Shown piece by piece: positions 55,811-64,000 of a stretch of 64,000 nt of DNA (positions are counted from its first letter, which is position 1; each line of letters starts with the position of its first letter). The DNA is taken from the NCBI RefSeq assembly GCF_964204645.1, contig NC_134029.1, positions 10,256,850 through 10,320,849 on the forward strand, written 5' to 3'. A program made the translations under genes and the position numbers. This stretch comes from Tubulanus polymorphus. Taxonomy: Eukaryota; Animalia; Nemertea. Below the pieces are notes generated by a model, which had not been told where the DNA came from, searched no databases, and was given only the letters and a program-made list of their open reading frames with translations.

Positions 55811-58800
55811 GCGCGCGACTACTACAATAAGTCAACCATGGACGGCAAAACAAACTTTGAAGACTTTATGCGCAAGGCAATTGGCGATTTAAAAATTTCC
55901 ATTAAACGAGCTAAAAGAAGGCCAACAACAAGACTCGTCAAAATTAACAGAGCTCTGTGAAAAGGTTTTAACAAATAAAACCGAGATATCAGCGCTGAAA
56001 TCAACAGTTAAGTTAAACGAGGAAAAAATTTGATGATTTTGGTGATTTGATTACCACGGTTGAATTCAACGAGAAGTCAGTCACACACGTAAAAAGCGAC
56101 TGTGAAAAACATTTCACAGAACTGAAAACATGTGGGAAAAAATAATGGAACTAGAGAAACAACTGAAAGAATCGCAGGCCTCTGTAAAACAACTGGAAGA
56201 CCTATGCATCAACAATGTAAATTCAACGCTGATAACCCAAGAGATCCACTTGAAAATCATGAAAACTGTCTGATCATCTACAACTTACCACATACCCCCG
56301 ACGAAAACCTAATTGTGCTCTAAAATGATATCCAGGCTCCAATTAAATCCCAAACCAGAAGTCATCAAATGTATTAGGCTTAAAGCAAGAATGATAGGAA
56401 AGCCACCGTTGGTGAAACTGGCCGTCAAAGACAGAGACATCAAGGTCAATATTCTAAGAGCCAAAACAAAACTGAAGGGTGACCAAGACTTTGGTGAGGT
56501 TTGGATTCGTGGAAGCAAGTCCCACATTGAGAGGCTACATGAATTAACTACACACAAGTTACTTTCTATTGTCCCAGGAGGCGACAATCTCAGAATATCC
56601 AGCAATGGTCGGCTAATAGAAAAAAACGAAGAGTGATCCCAAACAAGGATCAGAACAGATCCATCGAGAATCTGACACGCGGGGGAGTGTAAACGGAAAA
56701 CGGGCCAGGGTACCATCGGATAACTCTGTCACTGACGACTCCCCTGACCAAAAAACTCCAAAGCAACCACAGAAAAAGAAAAAACCAACTACTGAGGGTA
56801 TCCCAGAAATCAGTGAAACACTCTCAACAACAAGAAATATCCTGGACATGGACACAGGTGTTTTAAACCATATTGACCCTGGAGAATAGGAAATAAGCCA
56901 GTCCTATGCTTACGTTTGGTCAATGGAATGTAAATGGATAGGCTGACAGAAATAAAAATGACGCCAGTACACTACGTGAAAACGTTGTTTGGAAAATTAA
57001 CTGTGATGCCTCTATCATCTGTGAATCACATCTATTGCATGGAAATGGTTTATCAGTTCCCGGTTACCAGTGGCTAGGCTTCAATAGAAAAGACATTCAT
57101 AAACGTGCGGTGCGTGGCTCTGGGGGTGTAGGAATCCTTATAAAAAAACAAAGTGCTACAAAATTACCGCGCTGAAATGATCGAACGCTCATATGACGGA
57201 ATATTGTGGGTAAGACTAACATCGATTCTGGATGAAACGCTAACAATTCTTATTTGCGCTGTATATCTGCCGCCAGAAAGATCATCCCGTGGAAATTCAG
57301 CCCAAGAGTTTTACGATAATTTATCATCACAGTTATACATGCACTGGAAAAATTAACCAGTTGTCATAGGTGGCGATTTTAACGGTCGAATTGGTAATAA
57401 AATCGAAACTCCCGATAAATACATTCCTCCTCGTTTATCTATCGATGAATGTGCAAATTAGTTCGGTGATACTTGATCGATTTCGTTCAGGATGCAAATA
57501 TGTGCATACTTAATGGGAGAAATACGAATGACGATAATTTTACTTGTATATCTAGCAAAGGTCGCTCGGTAGTTGACTACTTTCTGGTGCCAAGCGCTGA
57601 TTTCGAAAGAACAAGTGAGTTTGCGGTATTAACTGTAAGTGAATTAATCGACGTTGCTCGGTATGATCCGGAGTGTCGTAAACCGGATCACTCGTTTATA
57701 AAATTCACATTAACTGTCTCCGATTACGCTATTATGTATAAAACGAACCCGCCCAGTGAAGCTGCGAAAAACTCATTTGTCGATGATGTAATTGTCGACA
57801 AAAGATATCTCGTAAATGGAGTTCCAATAGACTTCCTCGCAAACGAACGCAGGCGATCAGCAATAATCCGTATATGCGATCGATTAACGGACACAATGGC
57901 CACTCATGAGGAAATTGACAATACTTACACCTTGGAGTAATCATTTAATGATTACTCCAAGCTTACACAAAGTTCACAAACTACTGCCTTGACGAAATGA
58001 ACGAGATCCTACCGCATAGGGATGTTAAGATATCGTTCAACAAAAAAGACACATTTCGAAATAAAAAGCCGTGGTGGAACGACGAACTCTCTCAAATTCG
58101 AAAATCATGTGTACAGGCAGAAAAACGATTTATTAAATGTAAAGGCAATTCGAGTGAAAAATCAAAACTTCGAAATGAGTTTAAAACTATTCAAAAGCAA
58201 TTTGACAAGCATTATCGAAATTCCAAACGTCAATTTATGCTCCAAAAATTGAATGAAATAGACCACTTGCAGACCAGTTACCCAAAAGAATTTTGGAACC
58301 ATATCAAAAAGCAAGGGCCGAGGGAATAGAGATAACGCTATAAGAACAGTAAGAACGGAAAACGGCACTATTTCAGAAAACAAAAACGATATCATGAAAA
58401 AATGGAAATATGATTTTGAAAAATTATACAATCCAGTTGCTAATGATAATCCCTTTAATTCGGATGAACAAGAAATAAACTCCTTTTGGGATCATATTGA
58501 TATAAATTATACTCTGAATAATCCAATAACACAAGCCGAAGTTATTCAAGCCACGAACAAATTAAAAAACAATAAAGCAACTGGGCTGTATAAGATTTCA
58601 AATGAAGTGTTAAAAAGTCCTAATCTTTGTAAAATTCTGTGCATCCTGTTCAATAAGATTCTCAGTGCCGGTAAAGTTCCATCAATATGGAACCAGAGTA
58701 TTTTGTATCCTATTCATAAATAAGGTAAAGACGAACTTACACCACTTGGATATAGAGGTATTAGTCTTAACTCAAACGTGGGAAAGCTTTTCAGTTCAAT

Positions 58801-60550
58801 TTTGAATAATCGTCTGACGCTTTATGTAAATTTGAACGGTAAATTGAGCGACGAACAAAATGGATTTCGGAAAGGGCGATCATGCCTTGATCATATCTAT
58901 AGCCTGACATCCATTGTAAAAAACAGGCGTTTAGAAAATCGTCCTACGTTTGTTTGTTATGTCGATTTTGCTAAAGCATTCGATTGTGTGGATCGCTCGT
59001 ACCTTCTGTATAAACTTTATAAAATCGGTATAAATGGAAATTTTCTTTGAATTATTAAAACTATGTATATGAATAATGATGTACGGGTCAGAATAAATGG
59101 CCACCTGTCAGATAGTTTTCCGAGTACATCAGGTGTAAGACAAGGGGACTGCCTATCACCAACACTTTTTTCGTTGTACCTAGATGAGTTAGCCTCAAAA
59201 ATTAAATCTCTCGGACTTGGCGTGGAGCTCAATGATATTAGGTTGTCAATCCTTCTCTATGCCGATGATATTGTCCTAATAGCAGAAGATGAACCCCCAT
59301 TACAAGTACTTATAAATGAACTAATGGAATGGTGCAAAAAATGGAAACTGACTGTAAATCTTGATAAGTCCAAAATAATGCACTTTAGAAAGAAATCTGC
59401 TCCACTTACCAACTTTCAATTCAAACTGGAGGACAAAACTATTGAAATTGTAAATGTATATAGATACTTAGGTGTAGAATTCAATGAATATTTAGATTTT
59501 AGTTATATGGCTGATGCCCTTGCTAAAGCTTCTAGCAAAGCACTAGGAAGCCTCCATTGTAAACATTTTAATTCAAGTGCTCTTTCACATAAAACCTACA
59601 GTAAAATATATAATGCAACTACGGTCCCAATTATGGATTATGGAAATGCTGTATGGGGACTCAAGAACTATGAGTGCTGTGAAAAAGTTCAATTTAGAGC
59701 CATGCGCTCATTCCTGGGAACACGAAAACACTCGTCGTTATTGAGTATCGAAGGTGATATGGGCTGGACTCCTGTATTTATTAGGCATCGAGTAGAAACG
59801 TTAAGATTATGGTTTCATCTATATAACATGCCTGATGATAGGATAACCAAAAAAATATCTTTACATGTATATCAAAACTCGATAAGTGGTTATGAAAACT
59901 GGTGTAATCGTGTTAAGTTGATTTTCACGGAATTTCAGATGGAATATTTTTATTTACATCCCGAATTAGGCTCTTTAAACGACATGGCTATAAAAAAAGG
60001 TTCTTTTAGATGCAAAGAAAATTATGTTCAGAAATTATTCCATTGCCTGGTCGAGAAACATTGGTTCCCAGGAGAAACTAAGAACTTATAGATTACTTAA
60101 AAACACGTTTGGTACTGAAGACTATGTCAAATTCAACCTGAGTAGACGAAACCGCTCTTTAATCGCTAGAATGAGAAATGGTACTTACCCTCTTAATATA
60201 GAATTAGGAAGGTATAGAAGTTTGCCCCTAGCATTGCGTGTCTGTAGTATGTGTAATAAAAATGAAATAGAATCCGAACTACATTTTCTTTGTGAGTGTA
60301 ACGCATATCATGATTTAAGAAATGACCTATACCAAAAAATTGAAGATGTACTAACTCTTGATATAACTTCCCTATCAAGTACCGAGGTATTAATTCAAAT
60401 TCTATCGAATAGCAAAATAATTAAATATGTTTGTAACTATATCGAAAGGGCGTCCTTACGACGTAACGGTAACATGCCATGAATATGTTATAATTGTATG
60501 AAAATTTGTGTCTTGTAAGCCTTTTATAGGCTGGTGACACTTTAATAAAC

Positions 60551-60634
<84 letters not shown>
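55811..60634 (+). mobile_element. Near full-length but mutated LINE (RTEX-like): ORF1 from 55838, ORF2 56906-60482, (TA)n tail
   Basis: WNVNG, GSGGVG, AVYLPP, GDFNGR, VVDY, PDH (APE); QNGFR, VDFAKAFD, GVRQGDCLSP, LLYADD (RT); LNIELGRY..C..C..ELHFLCEC. Several stops and frameshifts. Possible TSD tattga at 55805-55810 and 60633-60638. Confidence 0.93.
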
Positions 60635-60637
<3 letters not shown>

Positions 60638-62099
60638 ATATTCCGTAACCTGTCGAAGACCTGCTAGTTTATAATGATATATAAAAATCATTCATTGATT
60701 TTGGGGAATAATTGATTAGGTTATAGATGTCACTTTACTAATTAAAATGTAAAACCCTGGCCTAGTGTTGCTATCCATAAAATGAGATGAAAATTTGCAT
60801 ATTTCTATTTTTCGGATGTAATGTTCTCAATCTCAGCTTGGGACATTTCTTTGAATATGGGATGTTACAAGTTACTCAGATCACACTGGAAATTCGCAAT
60901 ATCCTCTCTCCTCATGGACCACACAATGTCAATGTTGACTTTGTTAGAAATCGATTATAAAATTAATCACGACCAATTCTTTTTCACTGAATTCATTATT
61001 TATTTTTCACTTCTGCGACAAAATATTGTTCAGCCCCTGACAAGAGAATAAACAATTGACAAGAGAATAAGCAATGACACTACGTATTTCATGACAGAAC
61101 AGTAGTTTTTTTTCATCGACAAATTGGGACGATCCTGATATCCCTGATTTGAATGATAGTGTCTTTAGAATCATAAAGACCATGTCCCGACCAGACAGAT
61201 AATCCAATCACAATTCAAATTGAAGGCTCGCTAGTGCAGTTATTCAGAGAATCCAGCTCTTTAAACCTCATCATTTTATCAGATCGTGAGCAGTGGAGAA
61301 ATAAAGTACACAACATCTTGGCGCAGCGGCGCTTGCTGATGTAACTGATGATGATGAATTTATCAGAATCAAGGAGTTTCACTGCCTGTTATTTGGAATC
61401 TCATTTCATGACAGCTAGTGCTGATTCTTTATTCTCTTTGATTACTGCATGATGTTATCATTCTGAAATTAGAATACATATCACACTTACTATTAAACCT
61501 GGATTGACTTTACAATTAATGGTGCAGAATCCATTTTTCAAACTTACCTTGATGCATTGCAATCTATTATTTTCATGTTGAGCTAATTTAATACGCATTA
61601 CTTCAATTTCTTAAAACATCCTACGAGTTGCGACTCACAAAATCATCACTAAAACGCTCTCAATAATCTACAATAGATAATCAATATAGTGTTTGTGAAA
61701 TAGCACTCATATTCAATTTTCACATTCTTTACGTAAGTAAGTAGGTGAAGTTACCTTGTTGATGTCATTATTATCACTGGATCAACTGCTGATATCCAAT
61801 GTCACATTAAGAACAATCAATCAATCACCTCGAGTGAACAAACAAGTAGCCTCTGCTGCAAGGTTCAGTATGTCAGTAGTGGTATAGTAGTATTGTTGTT
61901 TCCATCCACCAGTCCAAATTACTGATTGACGACCGGTAGGTTTTGACGGCACTGTCACGCAGCCATCCTGAATTGAATACCGATATTTTCGGTACCACAC
62001 GCTAAACAAGTGCCTGCAGAATCGTTTCCTGGCAGTTTTAATGGAATTTCTTTCTTCATTGGTATATGACTTTAAAGAGGTCCATGGAACGTAAATCGA

Positions 62100-62235
62100 G
62101 ACACAGTGTAGGCGGCCATGTTACATTGTTCATGTGATGAAATACTGAAATCTGATTGGATCCGTAAAATCCGCGGAAGATGGCGGACGGGTAAAACCGG
62201 GACAGGCAACCAGTCTAGACTTCTATCTGGTGAGC
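62100..62235. promoter_or_regulatory. Housekeeping-type promoter-like cluster (CCAAT box, ETS-YY1 composite), possibly bidirectional
   Basis: ctgattgga, then cggaagatggcgg on +, with acatggccgcc on -; candidate + strand donor g/gtgagc at ~62230. Confidence 0.4.
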
Positions 62236-62255
62236 GTTCCGTTTGTTTTCATTTT

Positions 62256-62381
62256 AACTAGTGAGGTTGGAGTTTGGAGGTGTTGTGCCAACTAGTGAAG
62301 TTAGGCATTGAAGATTTTGCGCCAACTAGTAAGGTTGGGCAGTGAAGATTTTGTGCCAACTAGTGAGGTTGGGCAGTGAAG
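62256..62381. repeat. 34-bp minisatellite, ~4 copies
   Basis: Unit ccaactagtgaggttgggcagtgaagattttgtg repeated head-to-tail. Confidence 0.85.
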
Positions 62382-64000
62382 TAATGGCTAGAGGGTTAAT
62401 GACGTGTATCGGCAAATTATACGGTTAATGTGGCCCGAAGCACCTTTGGCTAAAGTTAGTTTGCTTTTATGATGTCTTATCATACGAATACTGCTCACAA
62501 ATTCATACATCTTGATCATTGTTATTATTGAGATATCTCGGGCTGCAACACAATATAAAGCTTATATTCATTATTATGCAATATGCACTCACTCACTTTT
62601 GTCATCCGGTTAACCTTTGTTTGGCTCGGGCTTTTGGGAATTTCCTCGTCGTTCTCAGGGTGAATTATACCTTTGAACATTTTTACACTTAAAGAACATG
62701 AACGTTCGGCTTGGGGTTTTCCTGGTTATATTTTGACCCAATTTTTAGCGTTCATTTCTATTACTTACTGAATTTGTTTTGGCTACTGGGGTTGGACATT
62801 TGCCCCAGGTTGAACTTGTACTGTGGTATAAGCCTACCATAAAGCGGCTTCTTGATTTTTTGAGACCTGTCTATCTATCTGCCTGGATATCTAGCGCTTT
62901 ATTGTACTTGTAAAGTCCCTTCCTCTCATGATTTTGTGAATTTTGGTGAGAAAGGTTTGCTGCTAAGTATGTTATCTTGCTTTGGGAATAAATATTTTTG
63001 TGTTGGTGAGTTTTGGGAATAGACCAGAAGAATGAGAAAGGGAAAAGGGTAGACGAAAGTTATTTCCTCCCAATACTCTACAGTGGACAAGTATACTAGG
63101 AGGAGTTGATTTCACTGAGGAAACGGATAGTTTCTCAGTGACATCAGCGACACCAGTGTAAAAGTCCGATACTACACAGTTTGCCTGGACGACGAGTCCG
63201 TATTGTTGCTAGATTGGCCCCCTCGTTTGCCCAATGGTGTCGATTCTTGCGATTCGCTTCTTTTGGTACTCGCCCACCCTCGCCCACCGTCCCTATCTTT
63301 GTCGCCTCCATTTACATTCGTCTGCCAAAAGCCATTTCCCCCCAATACTCGACAGTGAACGAATATACATTAGAAGTTGATGTCACGAGGAAACGGATAA
63401 TTTTGTGCTTATTGAAATAACTGCTGGACGTGTAGATGAGGCTACATTGTTTAACATCGAAATGCCCCGCTAATATTTCACTGAAAATTTGCAATAGTCA
63501 TTATTTCAAACCATAAAAATTCCCCCAAGTAAAAATGCTCAAATATGTAATATCAATGTTTCGTAGCAATATCTCTGAAAACATGTTTAATTGAAATTTC
63601 AAAAAGTTGTTCCACTACCGTATTTGTTCACCTCCGAGGGGTGTTTGCTGTTGCTGTTCCGCTTTATGAGGCAACAGTGACGAGAATGTTGATACTGGAA
63701 TTGGACAGAGCATCATATATAAACCTAATGGAAAAATATCAACCAAGTTTTAACCGGTTATTAACCCTAAGAAAATAGTTTTTGAACCGGTTTGTTTTTG
63801 CTATATTGATCTAAATAATTACGTCTTACTGTGTGCCACATCATGCTGATAAAATCGGTTACGTCTCGTTAAAGCCACTCTGGTCCTATACGGATAAAAA
63901 ACTGTTTTGAAACATTTGGTTACTAATCCAACGATGATGACGTCACTTGGTTATATATACATATCAATGCATAATATCAATGTATAACATCGTATAACCG

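Noticed and set aside
62256-62381. 34-bp repeats as a CRISPR array
   Set aside because: Head-to-tail with no unique spacers, no cas genes, eukaryotic context.
63062-63402. Two ~70-bp diverged direct repeats as LTRs
   Set aside because: Too short, no TG...CA ends, PBS/PPT or TSD; probably a local duplication.

Overview
AT-rich, repeat-laden eukaryotic (probably invertebrate animal) genomic DNA; nothing here looks prokaryotic. The window holds the 5' two-thirds of one minus-strand gene, a Trk (NTRK/neurotrophin-receptor-like) receptor. I assembled it by hand from 10 GT-AG exons (49849 to 3245; 1561 nt, frame-consistent across all junctions). It encodes a signal peptide, Cys cluster, 3 LRRs, a second Cys cluster, two Ig domains, a TM helix and the juxtamembrane ENPNY (Shc-site) motif. 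The kinase exons were not found and probably lie left of position 1. Introns and upstream DNA contain LINEs (RTEX-like, L2/Crack-like), Penelope-like fragments, non-autonomous DNA transposons (IS3EU-like, MULE-like, Harbinger, hAT-like) and microsatellites. Most notable observations: (i) two inverted Harbinger ends bracket Trk exon 1 and its likely promoter; (ii) a minimal hammerhead ribozyme lies on the Trk pre-mRNA strand; (iii) three inverted-repeat pairs are nested concentrically in the 26-kb first intron, one with a flipped hairpin loop; (iv) a kinase-less isoform is possible using a MITE-borne poly(A) signal. All calls are by eye and no database searches were run.
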